The position numbers and the translations under genes are program-made. 64,000 nt of DNA from Candidatus Melainabacteria bacterium 17Bon1m (lineage in GTDB: Bacteria; Cyanobacteriota; Vampirovibrionia; Obscuribacterales; Obscuribacteraceae): NCBI GenBank assembly GCA_032128875.1, contig JAVLKG010000003.1, forward strand, positions 920,974 through 984,973. Direction: 5' to 3'. Shown here piece after piece: positions 38,927 through 49,287 of the stretch. Position 1 is the first letter of the stretch. Each line of letters begins with the position of its first letter. The notes beneath the pieces were generated by a model, which made no database searches, was not told where the DNA came from, and saw nothing but the letters and a program-made list of their open reading frames with translations.

Positions 38927-40777
38927 GTGGCAGCAAAAGTTACACAACTGGTTAAAGACCTTGTCTCTCAGCAACGCTGGGAGGAGGCTTATTCCGTGCT
39001 GTCGCGTTTTACCGCTCAAGGACCTACCGATCCGGAACTCGAGTACCAGTGCGGTGTTTTATGCTTTAACATCGGCAAGTATGAAGACGCCGAGCGGCAC
39101 TTCAAAACTTCTCTTTCCATGGACTCGGAAAGCGCAGACGCCCACTATTACCTGGGCTTGACGCTCCTCAAAGACGGCAGACCGCAAGAAGCGATGCCTG
39201 AGTTTCGCGAGTCTTGCGAACGCAAGCCGAATTTCGCCGTTGGTCACTTCCATTGGGGGTTGTCTCTAGCCCAGATGGGCAGCCATCGCGGCGCGATCGG
39301 ACAGTTTAATCAAGCGGCAAAACTCAATGTGCGCCTTTCTGCCGGTTCTTACCAGGCTGGCGTTTCCAGCTTTCAACTTGGTCAATATTTGGAAGCTGCT
39401 CAATATTTCCAAAAAACTTGCAGCCTGGAGCCGCAGATGCCGGAAGCTTTTAATGCGCTGGGTGTCTCGCTTTGTGCGATGGGTAACTATCCTGATGCCG
39501 TGCAATGTTTTTCTATGGCGGCACAGCTGGACGGGCGCGCGGCGATCGTTCATCGCAATTGGGCGATTGCACTGGTCGCCCAAGGTTTGCTGGAAGACTC
39601 GCTCAAGCATTATCAAGAGGCTATTACTGTCGGCGGCAAGAATCTCAACGCCAAAGAAAGAGCGCTGCTTTACAACGATTGGGCAGTCAATTTGTACAAG
39701 CTTGGGCGTGCCGATGAGGCAGCCGAAAAGTTGCTGCACGCCATCGATGTCGATCCGTTTTTGATGAATGCGCGCCTCAACCTCGGACTGATTTATACGT
39801 CCATGAAGGAGTACGACCTTTCGTCGGAAGCTTTCGAGAAGGCGCTGGAGGTCAGCCCCAGCTCGCTTGAAATCGGCATGTATTGTGGTGTGAGCTATCT
39901 GGTTTTGGGTGCCTATGACGCGGCGATTGAAAAGCTTTTGCAGGTTCAACAGAAGGGTTTGCGCGACGCCGAAGTCGATTTGTGGATTGGTCATTCATAC
40001 TTAGCCAAGGGCGATCTCGATAAAGCGGACGAACATTTCGGTCGCGCCAATTTGCAGGACGAGCAGAATTATTTAGCCGTAGACGGCATTGGGTGCTGTT
40101 TTGCATTGCGCGGCATGCATGCGCAAGCCGTGGAGAAGTTCAAACAAGCAATTCAATTAAAGCCGGACTACGCGCTCGGGCACTTGCATCTGGCGCGCAG
40201 TCTTGAAGAGATGGGACAAACTGATGTGTCGAAGGCGGAGTATTTCCAGGCTGCCAAACTCGACCCGGGCTGCTTTGTGCCTGAGAAGGAAGCGATAGAA
40301 CAACTATTGAAAGCGTCTGATTTCGACCTCGTTACCGTTCGCTCTCTAAAACTTTTGGAAATCAATCCAAGCGATATTGACGCGCGATTGGCTCTTGCGC
40401 GCGCCTACAAGGGAACAAATCAATTGCCCGAAGCTCAAGAACTTTTGCAAGGGATCATCAGTCAGGACCCGCAGAATTGGCAAGCATTTACCACGCTGGG
40501 GCAGGTTTTCCTTTCGATGGGGCAGTTTGTCGACGCAGATGATATGTTCAGAAATGCTGCCCAGCTCTTCGACGGCGACTCTCAAATGTTCTATTTTTGG
40601 GGCAAAACACTTTCACTTCTCGGGCTCCACGAGCTGGCTATAGAGAAGTTCGAGAAAGCCGCAGAAATTGACCCTTATGACGCCGACACTTACGATGCCT
40701 GGGGCTCGACCTTGAAAGTGCTCGGTAAATTCGCTGAAGCCGGCGAAGTGTTCAAGCGTGCTTCCGAATATATTTAA
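38927..40777 (+). CDS. Tetratricopeptide repeat protein
   Basis: TPR consensus repeated over the whole length. Confidence 0.92.
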   Translation: MAAKVTQLVKDLVSQQRWEEAYSVLSRFTAQGPTDPELEYQCGVLCFNIGKYEDAERHFKTSLSMDSESADAHYYLGLTLLKDGRPQEAMPEFRESCERKPNFAVGHFHWGLSLAQMGSHRGAIGQFNQAAKLNVRLSAGSYQAGVSSFQLGQYLEAAQYFQKTCSLEPQMPEAFNALGVSLCAMGNYPDAVQCFSMAAQLDGRAAIVHRNWAIALVAQGLLEDSLKHYQEAITVGGKNLNAKERALLYNDWAVNLYKLGRADEAAEKLLHAIDVDPFLMNARLNLGLIYTSMKEYDLSSEAFEKALEVSPSSLEIGMYCGVSYLVLGAYDAAIEKLLQVQQKGLRDAEVDLWIGHSYLAKGDLDKADEHFGRANLQDEQNYLAVDGIGCCFALRGMHAQAVEKFKQAIQLKPDYALGHLHLARSLEEMGQTDVSKAEYFQAAKLDPGCFVPEKEAIEQLLKASDFDLVTVRSLKLLEINPSDIDARLALARAYKGTNQLPEAQELLQGIISQDPQNWQAFTTLGQVFLSMGQFVDADDMFRNAAQLFDGDSQMFYFWGKTLSLLGLHELAIEKFEKAAEIDPYDADTYDAWGSTLKVLGKFAEAGEVFKRASEYI

Positions 40778-40780
40778 AGA

Positions 40781-43000
40781 ATGAGCGATTCAAACTCTAA
40801 CCACAGTCCTCAGGACAGCGACCTCTACATAAAGACAGAGCAGTTGATTCACTTTCGACTTGCCTTCTCAGTCGTCAGTCTCGTTGTAGCCGTCTGCATT
40901 TCCTGGCTCGCGCGTGAGGAGCTGGAGATTTATGGTGTTGTCGCGATTATTCTCTTTGTCGTTTTTTATTCGGCGATTTTGCTCGGCGTACTCAATACTG
41001 GTGTCGCGGGCTCGGAGCGAACCCTCAAGCGTATCAACGCTAGTTTGCTCGGCTTCGATGTGGTGAGCCTGACGGGGCTCGTTCACTTCACACGCGGCGT
41101 CGAGTCAGAAGTTTACCTTTTGTATTTGCTGCCGATTTTGCTGTCCAGCTATACGTTTCAGCGCCGCGGTATTTTCACGACCGCGCTCTTTGTTTCGGTT
41201 TCATACACTTCTTTGCTCTTAATAGAAAACGCTGCTTTCCTGCCGTTTCTTGTCGAAAGCCAGTCCGATTCAGGTTTGGCTGCTGCCTACTCGCACCGCC
41301 TGTGGGGTCGCATAGTGGCGCGTTCTACAATGCTGGTTGCCGTAGCATTTGTGTGGGCTCGGTTTTGTCAGTACATGAGTGGAGTTGCTCAACAAGGCGC
41401 CAACCGGCTCCGCGAGCAGCTTGATAATAATACTCGCCTGATGGATGAACTGGAAGAAAAGGCGCGTCGTGAAAAAATGATCAATACGATCAACTCGGCA
41501 TTGCGCAGTACGCTCAACCTCAATCAGATTTTCGAGACCGCTGTAGACGAGCTTGCTCAGGCTTTAAAAGCGCCTGACTGCGCAATTATTTTGCCTGGCA
41601 GAAAGTTGAGTGACAAACCACTTATCGTTGAAGCGCAACTGGATTCTCCTCTGATTGCCGGTGCGCGCCAGGGTTTTGGCGATGGTGAAGAGGACGATGG
41701 CTTTGTTCCGCGCGAAGAAACTGGGCGCTTCGATCGCGCCTTGTGTGAATTTGTGCTCAAGCATAAATCAACTTACGAGAGGCGTGAAGACTCCGATGGA
41801 AAGCTGATGAAGACTTTCCTCTTCTTCGACCCTGCTCGCGATCCGGCTTTCTCGTCGATTTCGAATTCGCAAAGCCTCGCACAGATGAGTTCACTTATCG
41901 TACAGCCGATGATGTACGGCGAAGAGTCAAAGGGCGTGATTCTGATCGCCGACCGAGATACTCATCGTGCCTGGACTCCTGTCGAGTTAGAGCTGGTCAA
42001 ATCTGTCGCAGGTCAGGTCGCTGTTGCCGCTGAGCATGGCGAGCTAGTTGAGCAACTGTCGACGAAGAATGAAGACCTTTGGAATAAAAACCTCAATCTT
42101 GATGCGAAAAACCTTGAGTTGCGCGCTATTCAATCGCAACTCATCCACCAGGAAAAGATGGCATCGCTGGGGCGCCTGGTTGCAGGTATTGCGCATGAAT
42201 TGAACAACCCTATCAACTTCGTGCATGGCAACTTGCCTTATCTCAGAGAGTATTTTGAGGATCTGAAAAAACTTATCTCGGCGCTCGACGGTCTTTCCGG
42301 AGAGAACAAGCCGGCTGTAGATCAGCTTAAGGATTCGATGCGTTACGACTTCCTTATCACCGATCTCGATAACATCATCGCAGACTTGAATGAAGGCGCT
42401 GAGCGCATTCGATACATTATTCGAAATCTGAGAAGTTTCAGCCGTCTGGATGAAGCCGAGCTGAAAGAAGGCTCTGTGCGCGAAGGCATCGAGTCTACAT
42501 TGAAGATTCTTAGCCAGTATTACGGACGCGACAAAATCCCGGTCGAGACTGATTTTGCTGAACTGCCGCCGATTCTGTGTTATCCCGGTCAGCTCAACCA
42601 GGTTTGGATGAACCTCCTTTCCAACGCCGCGGAGGCGGTCTTGGGCACACCTTCGCCTCTTGTGACGGTGAAGACAGTTAAGGATGGCGAGCAGGTGCAA
42701 GTGACCATTTCGGATAACGGCAGCGGCATCCCCCCGGAAGTGCAAAGCAAAATTTTCGAGCCCTTCTACACGACGAAGCCGGTTGGACAGGGCACAGGGC
42801 TGGGCTTGTCCATTTGTCACTCGATAATGCAGCGCCACGGGGGCGAAATTTGGTGCGAATCAAAACCAAATGAAGGCACCAGCTTCATCCTCAAGATACC
42901 TATCTATACAAGCGCCTCCGATCTGGCGAAAGTCAGAAAGGGTGGGGATGGGGATTTTATTTTTGAACCAGCACTAAACCCGGCAATGGAGCCCGATTAA
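40781..43000 (+). CDS. Membrane sensor histidine kinase with GAF domain
   Basis: About five TMs, GAF (RAWTPVELELV), AHELNNP, NQVWMNLLSNA, DNGSG, GTGLGL. Confidence 0.93.
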   Translation: MSDSNSNHSPQDSDLYIKTEQLIHFRLAFSVVSLVVAVCISWLAREELEIYGVVAIILFVVFYSAILLGVLNTGVAGSERTLKRINASLLGFDVVSLTGLVHFTRGVESEVYLLYLLPILLSSYTFQRRGIFTTALFVSVSYTSLLLIENAAFLPFLVESQSDSGLAAAYSHRLWGRIVARSTMLVAVAFVWARFCQYMSGVAQQGANRLREQLDNNTRLMDELEEKARREKMINTINSALRSTLNLNQIFETAVDELAQALKAPDCAIILPGRKLSDKPLIVEAQLDSPLIAGARQGFGDGEEDDGFVPREETGRFDRALCEFVLKHKSTYERREDSDGKLMKTFLFFDPARDPAFSSISNSQSLAQMSSLIVQPMMYGEESKGVILIADRDTHRAWTPVELELVKSVAGQVAVAAEHGELVEQLSTKNEDLWNKNLNLDAKNLELRAIQSQLIHQEKMASLGRLVAGIAHELNNPINFVHGNLPYLREYFEDLKKLISALDGLSGENKPAVDQLKDSMRYDFLITDLDNIIADLNEGAERIRYIIRNLRSFSRLDEAELKEGSVREGIESTLKILSQYYGRDKIPVETDFAELPPILCYPGQLNQVWMNLLSNAAEAVLGTPSPLVTVKTVKDGEQVQVTISDNGSGIPPEVQSKIFEPFYTTKPVGQGTGLGLSICHSIMQRHGGEIWCESKPNEGTSFILKIPIYTSASDLAKVRKGGDGDFIFEPALNPAMEPD

Positions 43001-43044
43001 TTTCTACTTCCACTTATTTCCGAATGTTGATATAAACTTGAGTA

Positions 43045-44178
43045 ATGGCAATGCGTCACAAGATACTGCTCGTCGATGACGAAGAGGCGAACGTCCGCCT
43101 CCTTAAGCGCGTACTCAGCGATGAGTACGACACTGTCGAGGCTTTGAGCGGTCAAGACGGGCTCAACCTGCTGAAAGAGCATGACATCAGCCTGATTATT
43201 ACCGACCAGCGTATGCCTGGTATGACGGGCGTTCAGCTTTTGAAAGAATCGCTGGCGATTCGACCGGATGCCATGCGCATTTTGCTCACGGGCTACACAG
43301 ACGTGCAGGCGCTCATCGATGCTATCAACAGCGGTCATGTTTACAAATATGTGCCGAAGCCGTGGGACAGGGACGAATTGAGAGTCACTGTTCGAAGGGC
43401 AATTGAAACTTACGAACTGAAGCAGCGCAATACTCAGCTTGTCCAAGACCTCACCGGCGCGCTTTCTCAGCTCGAAGAGGTATCCCTCGGTACGATTCGC
43501 GCTTTGGCAGATGCGCTCGACGCGAAGTGCGATTACACCTCAGGGCACAGCCTGCGGGTCTCGCAGTATGCTCTTTTAATTGGCAAAAATATGGGGCTGA
43601 CGCCGGAAGAATTGCGCGACCTTGAATTGGGTGGCATTCTTCATGACATCGGCAAGATTGGCGTGCCAGAATCAATTCTCTGGAAGCCGGCAAAGCTCAC
43701 TGCGGAAGAAACCGCAATCATGGCTGAACACCCTGTTAAGAGCGCGCAGATTATTGGTGATTTGCCGAGTCTGCAAAAAGCAAAGCGTTTTGTCATGCAC
43801 CACCATGAATTTATGGATGGCTCCGGCTATCCCGATAAACTGGCTGGCGACGACATTCCGCTTGGCGCACGTATTATTTTGGTCGCCGATGCGTATGATG
43901 CTATGACCAGCGATAGACCCTATCGCAAGGCAATCGGGCACGAGCGCGCTATTCAAGAACTGAAGAAGTGCGCAGGAAGGCAATTTGATCCGAAGATTGT
44001 CGAAGTGTTAGTGCGCGTTCTGGGTGAGGGGGCTGAGCCTAATCCGCATGAACTGCCGTCGAGCCACCTGGGTGTTCAACTCGCTTCAATAGATCCAAAA
44101 CAGACCGGGCGACAATTTCTGCGGGAAGCTGAACGGCTGGCGCGCCAGGATAAAGAAAACTCGCCTGCTTCATTGTAG
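43045..44178 (+). CDS. REC plus HD-GYP response regulator (c-di-GMP phosphodiesterase, RpfG-like)
   Basis: LLVDDE, DQRMP, HDIGKIG, HHEFMDGSGYP, RPYR. Confidence 0.93.
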   Translation: MAMRHKILLVDDEEANVRLLKRVLSDEYDTVEALSGQDGLNLLKEHDISLIITDQRMPGMTGVQLLKESLAIRPDAMRILLTGYTDVQALIDAINSGHVYKYVPKPWDRDELRVTVRRAIETYELKQRNTQLVQDLTGALSQLEEVSLGTIRALADALDAKCDYTSGHSLRVSQYALLIGKNMGLTPEELRDLELGGILHDIGKIGVPESILWKPAKLTAEETAIMAEHPVKSAQIIGDLPSLQKAKRFVMHHHEFMDGSGYPDKLAGDDIPLGARIILVADAYDAMTSDRPYRKAIGHERAIQELKKCAGRQFDPKIVEVLVRVLGEGAEPNPHELPSSHLGVQLASIDPKQTGRQFLREAERLARQDKENSPASL

Positions 44179-45262
44179 TTTCTGCTCCTGATGCAGTCTC
44201 CGAACTACCGATAGCATTCTCGCCCTTTGCTGATAGTTTTTCCTTTCGCAGCACCACGAAGTGTTCCACTCCCGGCGGTACCAGAACAGCCTCGTTGGTA
44301 GGCCCAAACAACGCTACAGTTGGCTTGTCGAGCGCGATTGCCAGATGCATCGGTGCAGAGTCGACGCAAACAGTCAGATCGCAAATATCAATCAGACCAA
44401 CCAGATCTTTCAAGCTGCGTGTTTGTCCGTACGTCGAAATCGCTCTGCTGCCTGGCTTTAACTGTGCGTTGATTTGTTCTATTGCTTCTTTGTCGTCTGG
44501 TCCGCCCGCGAGAATGACGTCCACATCAGGTTCTTTCTCGAGTAGCTCAGCGAGTTTGCACCAGTTTTCTGCAGGCCAGGTTTTGTTCAGTCCTTTGAGA
44601 ATGGCAAGGCGGCTGGTTCCTGGGTGGAAGAGCACACGCTTTCTGTTGTCTGAATTGCCGGTTTTCTCTGGAGAGTTTTTCTTGTCGTCGCTTTTCTCGT
44701 TGCTGCTTTTCTCCTTGCCTTGTTTCTCGCTCCAAAGTTTTTGGAGCAAGCTTTCCATGGATGTTTTCTCTGCCGCACCGGCTTTTATCCGTGGTACCGC
44801 CGGCAGTGCAGCCGAAGCGCCAGACATTTTCAGAATCAGATCGTGATACATCTTGCCCGCATACTGACTCCTGTTGAGCGGCATGGGGTCAGTAAGAAGA
44901 TAAGGTGCAAGGCGATTTGAGTTGTAGCCGATGCGTCGAGGAATTCCAGACAAGAAAAGCAGACCCGAAACCATCGGCGAGCTGCCGGACGAAACCACCA
45001 TGTCGTAATCGCCCGCGCGCAGCATGGTAATAAGCTGAATCAAATCTGAGGCGACTAATGGCCGTTTTTTGATGTCAAATGTAACTACTTCGTCAACCAA
45101 ATCAGTGATTACGCCGATTCCTGCTGAGCGTGGCTCAACTAATAAAGTGATTTTCGCGTCCGGATAGGTTGCGCGAATTCCTTCTAACGTAGGCAGGAAG
45201 AGGACTTCGTCGCCTATTCCGCCGAAGTTGATTGTGAGAATTTTGGATGGTGTATTCGTCAA
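44039..45262 (-). CDS. GT9 glycosyltransferase (heptosyltransferase-like)
   Basis: GGIGDEVL, HPGTS, KTWP, DSAPMHLA, LFGPT. Confidence 0.9.
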   Translation of the reverse strand: MTNTPSKILTINFGGIGDEVLFLPTLEGIRATYPDAKITLLVEPRSAGIGVITDLVDEVVTFDIKKRPLVASDLIQLITMLRAGDYDMVVSSGSSPMVSGLLFLSGIPRRIGYNSNRLAPYLLTDPMPLNRSQYAGKMYHDLILKMSGASAALPAVPRIKAGAAEKTSMESLLQKLWSEKQGKEKSSNEKSDDKKNSPEKTGNSDNRKRVLFHPGTSRLAILKGLNKTWPAENWCKLAELLEKEPDVDVILAGGPDDKEAIEQINAQLKPGSRAISTYGQTRSLKDLVGLIDICDLTVCVDSAPMHLAIALDKPTVALFGPTNEAVLVPPGVEHFVVLRKEKLSAKGENAIGSSETASGAETTMKQASFLYPGAPAVQLPAEIVARSVLDLLKRVEHPGGSTAVHAD

Positions 45263-45305
45263 GTAGCTGTATCTCAGGCACAGTGACCGCTGGACGAATA
45301 TAATA

Positions 45306-46541
45306 ATGCAGTTGGCATCTCAGGAATCGGCTTTGCGGTCCCCAAATTGGTCTCTCATTATTATTGCGGCAGCTCTGGTCGGGGTTGTCGTCGGTTATAT
45401 CTACACGCTGATTGCGAAGCCGCAGTTGCTTCCTCCTGTCTTGCGCATCGGCGCTCTGCGCGAGCCCATGACCGTGCTGGTCTTGGGCACCGACGTAGTC
45501 TACTCAGATCGTGGACGCAATCTCAAAGCCGATAAGGACGCTTTTACGGGGCGCTCGGACACGATTATGGTCTGCCGCCTTGATCCTTATAGGAATTCAT
45601 TGGGCGTACTTTCTATTCCTAGAGACACGCAGGTCCGAATTAGTGGGTATGGAACGCAGAAGATCAACGCAGCCAATGCTTTGGGCGGTCCGTATTTAGC
45701 GCAGACCACCGTCAGCCAGTTTCTCGGTATTCCAATCGATCATTACATTGTGCTCAATGTTCATGGTCTCGTTGACCTCGTCAACGAACTGGGCGGCATC
45801 ACGATCGATATTCCTAAGAAAATGCAATATATGGATTGGACCGCCAAACTCAAAATCGACCTCGAGCCCGGAGTGCACACGCTCACTGGAAACCAGGCGA
45901 TGGGCTTTGTCAGGTTCCGTCATGACGCCCTTGGCGACATCGGTCGTGTTCAGAGGCAAGAACTTTTCATGCGTGCCGTGCTAGACCGTGCAATGAAACC
46001 AGAGTCCTGGAGCCATATTCCGCGCTTGCTGGAGATCGCCCAGAGATATATCAATACTGATATGAGCGCTGGCGATTTGATGATGCTTGCGCAATATGCG
46101 CGCGGAGTGCCCAAGGCTAACCAGTTCATGGCGATGATGCCCGGCAATTTTTCCGGCTCTGGTGATTGGGATGTGTCAAAGAGCGATGTTCGCCGAATGG
46201 TGGCTCGATTGACCGGCTCTGCGTTTGTCACGGCAGAGAAGGAAGAGATGCGTATTGCCGTGGAGAATGCCAGCGCGACTAAAGGCTTGGGCAACAAGCT
46301 GGCGAAGCTGTTGCGCGAACGCGGTTATCGACATGTATTCGTGAGAGCTAGTAATGATGAGCGTCCATCGAGTTTGAAACGAACCCGTATCATTGCGCAG
46401 AAGGGCAACCCTGAAGATGCAGAGGTCGTGAAAGCTGATTTGCAGTCACACGGAGACATAGTCACAGCATCCGTTGGCGATATTGAGAGCTCTGTAACCA
46501 TCATGGTCGGAGACGACCTTGCACCTGTGCTGGCAGACTAG
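45306..46541 (+). CDS. LytR-CpsA-Psr (LCP) family protein with LytR_C domain
   Basis: N-terminal TM, RSDTIM, SIPRD, RFRH, DIGRVQRQ, VENAS...G. Confidence 0.92.
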   Translation: MQLASQESALRSPNWSLIIIAAALVGVVVGYIYTLIAKPQLLPPVLRIGALREPMTVLVLGTDVVYSDRGRNLKADKDAFTGRSDTIMVCRLDPYRNSLGVLSIPRDTQVRISGYGTQKINAANALGGPYLAQTTVSQFLGIPIDHYIVLNVHGLVDLVNELGGITIDIPKKMQYMDWTAKLKIDLEPGVHTLTGNQAMGFVRFRHDALGDIGRVQRQELFMRAVLDRAMKPESWSHIPRLLEIAQRYINTDMSAGDLMMLAQYARGVPKANQFMAMMPGNFSGSGDWDVSKSDVRRMVARLTGSAFVTAEKEEMRIAVENASATKGLGNKLAKLLRERGYRHVFVRASNDERPSSLKRTRIIAQKGNPEDAEVVKADLQSHGDIVTASVGDIESSVTIMVGDDLAPVLAD

Positions 46542-47000
46542 CAAGTCCTTCATCGAGTTTGATGCCTTCGCGAATGCCGATGGATAGTCGCTCTTGTGCC
46601 CTTTCGAGCGGTTAGTTTGCGTTATGTTTCTGAACCAACTGCTGCGACGCTGATTGTTAGCTGCGTGTTAGATCTCTCAAGATATGCATGTTGCCTGCTT
46701 TGTAGCTGTGAAGCGCTTCTTCATTATTTTCCACTACATTGCAATCGTAAAAGTTTTCTCTTACAAAAATGGCACCGGCTTAATATGGCGAGTGGGAAAA
46801 CCCCCACTGCCACAGCCTTTGCGGTTTTGCAGTTACGGGAATTGTTCAGAGAATATTATGATTCCTCTTGAAATACTCCCATCAACGTACGATGACGTGG
46901 TGTACAGTATTGGAGTCGGCGTTTCACTGCGCCGCGCCCCTCCCAATTTTTCTTCCTCAATTCAACTAAGTTTCGGGCGAACTAGAAAGGCAGGCATCAC

Positions 47001-47234
47001 ATGATTCATTACGTATATGCAACTCGCGGAGGATATCTCTACCAGGTCGGACGTCATAATCACAAACCTGCTGTAGAGAATGCCGGAGAATTCGTACTCT
47101 CCGTTCCCGAGAAGACCTCACAATCTCAAATCGATACACTCGCTCACCGTCAATTTATGGATCACCTCCGTAGACCCAGAAAAGTAGAGCACAACAGACA
47201 CAACACCGAGCGCGAACTCGCCTCAGTCAAATAA
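47001..47234 (+). CDS. Small hypothetical protein (77 aa)
   Basis: ATG start, protein-like composition, followed by a terminator. Confidence 0.6.
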   Translation: MIHYVYATRGGYLYQVGRHNHKPAVENAGEFVLSVPEKTSQSQIDTLAHRQFMDHLRRPRKVEHNRHNTERELASVK

Positions 47235-47270
47235 CAGTCAGCCTGCCTGATAGAAGAAAACCAATACTGA

Positions 47271-47307
47271 ACCGCCCGCCCTGTTTATAGAGCGGGCGTT
47301 TTCTTTT
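47271..47307 (+). terminator. Intrinsic terminator
   Basis: CGCCCGC...GCGGGCG-TTTTCTTTT. Confidence 0.75.
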
Positions 47308-47797
47308 GTGTTGAAACCTTGCACTTAGCAGTTTTGGGGACGCTCTTGCGTTTTACTTGTGCCACCACCGGTGATGCTTTTCGTGTTATGACATGGGAGC
47401 GCCTGTAGCTCGCCGGCTTCTTAATCTTCGTTCGACCGATCCTCTATGGCCGAGGAGTTGACACTTCGACCAAACCCGTTGCACCCAATTACTCAAATCC
47501 AGACCCTTGACCGAAACTTTCGAGTTAGCGGGTGACTGCGAAAACCATACTATTGAGGGTGAATATTCCTCCTTGCACGTGATGCCAGAACGTGGTCCTC
47601 GATGCCAAGATTAAAATGGCAGGCATGAGACTCAGAACCGCAGCTGAGTCAGTTACCAGGATTTTTCCTGTGGGCAGTCTTAAAATGACATAATAGAGTG
47701 GGAATATAAAGGTACGGCCCACCGACTGTTCAAAACGGGCCACGAAGACTGGGTTTGACTGACTGGCAAAGCCAAACACAAGCGACTAAAGGAAGGG

Positions 47798-48331
47798 ATG
47801 GAAATGCGTTCACGTAAAAGAAATCGGGCGTCGGGCTTCACTCTTATTGAGTTGCTCGTTGTTGTAATCATTATCGGTATCCTCGCAGCAATCGCGCTCC
47901 CGAACTTTATTGGCGCCCAGGATAAGGCCCGTGAAGCATCGGTCAAAGCCAACATGCGTACCGCTCAAATTGCCGCAGAGTCCTTCGCTACTGACTCAGC
48001 TGGCACCTATCCCGCAAGCGAAAGCGATAATGGCTACAAGAGCTACTTCCCAGGTGGAAGCAGCGACCAGACCGGCACTACGGCTGGCAACATGCCTGTA
48101 AATCCTTTCAAAGGCTCGCCTGATCCGCTTGTTCAAGCTCCCATATCGTCCACTATCGCTGCTGCTCGCACCGCCGGCGGCAGTTTGGGCGCCCCCGGAG
48201 CTGTCGGCTACAAAGCTGTCCCCGATGCTCAAGGTAATAACACCTCATATGGCGTTATGGGCGGCAACAAAAGCGGTAACGCTCTTTCCGGAACCACCGC
48301 AGGCACATTCTTAGTTCTGTCGAACCAATAA
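47798..48331 (+). CDS. Type IV pilin / prepilin-type protein
   Basis: Class III signal RASG|FTLIELLVVVIIIGILAAIALPNF; AAGGAAGG RBS. Confidence 0.92.
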   Translation: MEMRSRKRNRASGFTLIELLVVVIIIGILAAIALPNFIGAQDKAREASVKANMRTAQIAAESFATDSAGTYPASESDNGYKSYFPGGSSDQTGTTAGNMPVNPFKGSPDPLVQAPISSTIAAARTAGGSLGAPGAVGYKAVPDAQGNNTSYGVMGGNKSGNALSGTTAGTFLVLSNQ

Positions 48332-48378
48332 TCCCGTCTGTCTCGTTCGCGTGACGCAGGGTGAAAGGCTCCGCGGAA

Positions 48379-49131
48379 ATGTTTTCAAATAACGGCTGGC
48401 TGATCAGAGCAATACTTGTGTTGCTGATGTTCGCCGCCGTTACTGTTTCTCACTGGGGTCTATGCGAGCTGACTCGGGAGACGAAGTTCCTTGTTCCCTC
48501 GTCACGCGAGCCCATTTTGCTGAAGCCGGAAGTCGTGAAGCTCTTTTGCCTCGGGCATGAGCAGCTGGCTGCCGATCTCTATTGGTTGCGGTTCATTCAA
48601 TACATTGGTGACGGAGCCGCTCGCCGTACGGACAAATACGAGAACGCGTATGATTATTTAGACCTGGTGACGTCGCTCGACCCTCGTTTTACTCAGCCGT
48701 ACTGGTTCGCAGCCTTCGTGGTGGGCGCTGAGATGAAACGGCCGGATCTTGCTCAAAAACTCATTGAGCGAGGCATCCAGGCGAATCAGAACAATTGGTA
48801 TTTGCCTTTTATCGCGGGCATAAACCAATATCTGTTTGCCCATAATGAGGCAGCGGCCGCAAGTTATTACAGGCTGGCAGCTAAGTTTCCGGATTCACCC
48901 AAGTGGCTGGGTCGACAGGCAGAGATTCTTCAAGCGAAGATTCCATCCCTTGTTAAAGAAGTGAACACCTGGGACACGATTTATAGAACCAGTACCGACC
49001 AATTAGTGAAAGAGCGTGCCAAGGAGCGTCTTGCCGCTACATGGATGCGAGTTTTTAAGGTCTCTCCTAGTGAAGAGATTCGCAAGAAGGCACGAAAAGC
49101 GCTTGCAGAGCTGGGAGTGGAAGTTCGTTAG
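48379..49131 (+). CDS. Pilin-associated TPR-like membrane-anchored protein
   Basis: ADLYWLRFIQY...LVTSLDPRF..PY resembles the pilA-adjacent proteins of Myxococcus/Geobacter (PilG/XapA); recalled similarity. Confidence 0.6.
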   Translation: MFSNNGWLIRAILVLLMFAAVTVSHWGLCELTRETKFLVPSSREPILLKPEVVKLFCLGHEQLAADLYWLRFIQYIGDGAARRTDKYENAYDYLDLVTSLDPRFTQPYWFAAFVVGAEMKRPDLAQKLIERGIQANQNNWYLPFIAGINQYLFAHNEAAAASYYRLAAKFPDSPKWLGRQAEILQAKIPSLVKEVNTWDTIYRTSTDQLVKERAKERLAATWMRVFKVSPSEEIRKKARKALAELGVEVR

Positions 49132-49139
49132 CGTAGAGC

Positions 49140-49218
49140 GTAGGGGCGTGTTGCACACGCCCGTTTTGTAGGGGCGATGCCATGCATCGCCCGTGGGCGG
49201 CATGTATGCCGCCCCTAC
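49140..49218. repeat. Cluster of three GTAG-type REP palindromes
   Basis: GTAGGGGCGTGTTGCACACGCCC, GTAGGGGCGATGCCATGCATCGCCC and inverted GGGCGGCATGTATGCCGCCCCTAC. Confidence 0.85.
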
Positions 49219-49287
49219 AGTTGTATCCCCCTCAGCGCTTCAAACCCGGATGCTAAGATCAAGGCGTATCTATCTGGGAGAAACGCC

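Noticed and set aside
47480-47520. TCAAATCCAG resembling the tRNA-Sec anticodon arm
   Set aside because: Lacks CTTCAAA and cannot form a cloverleaf
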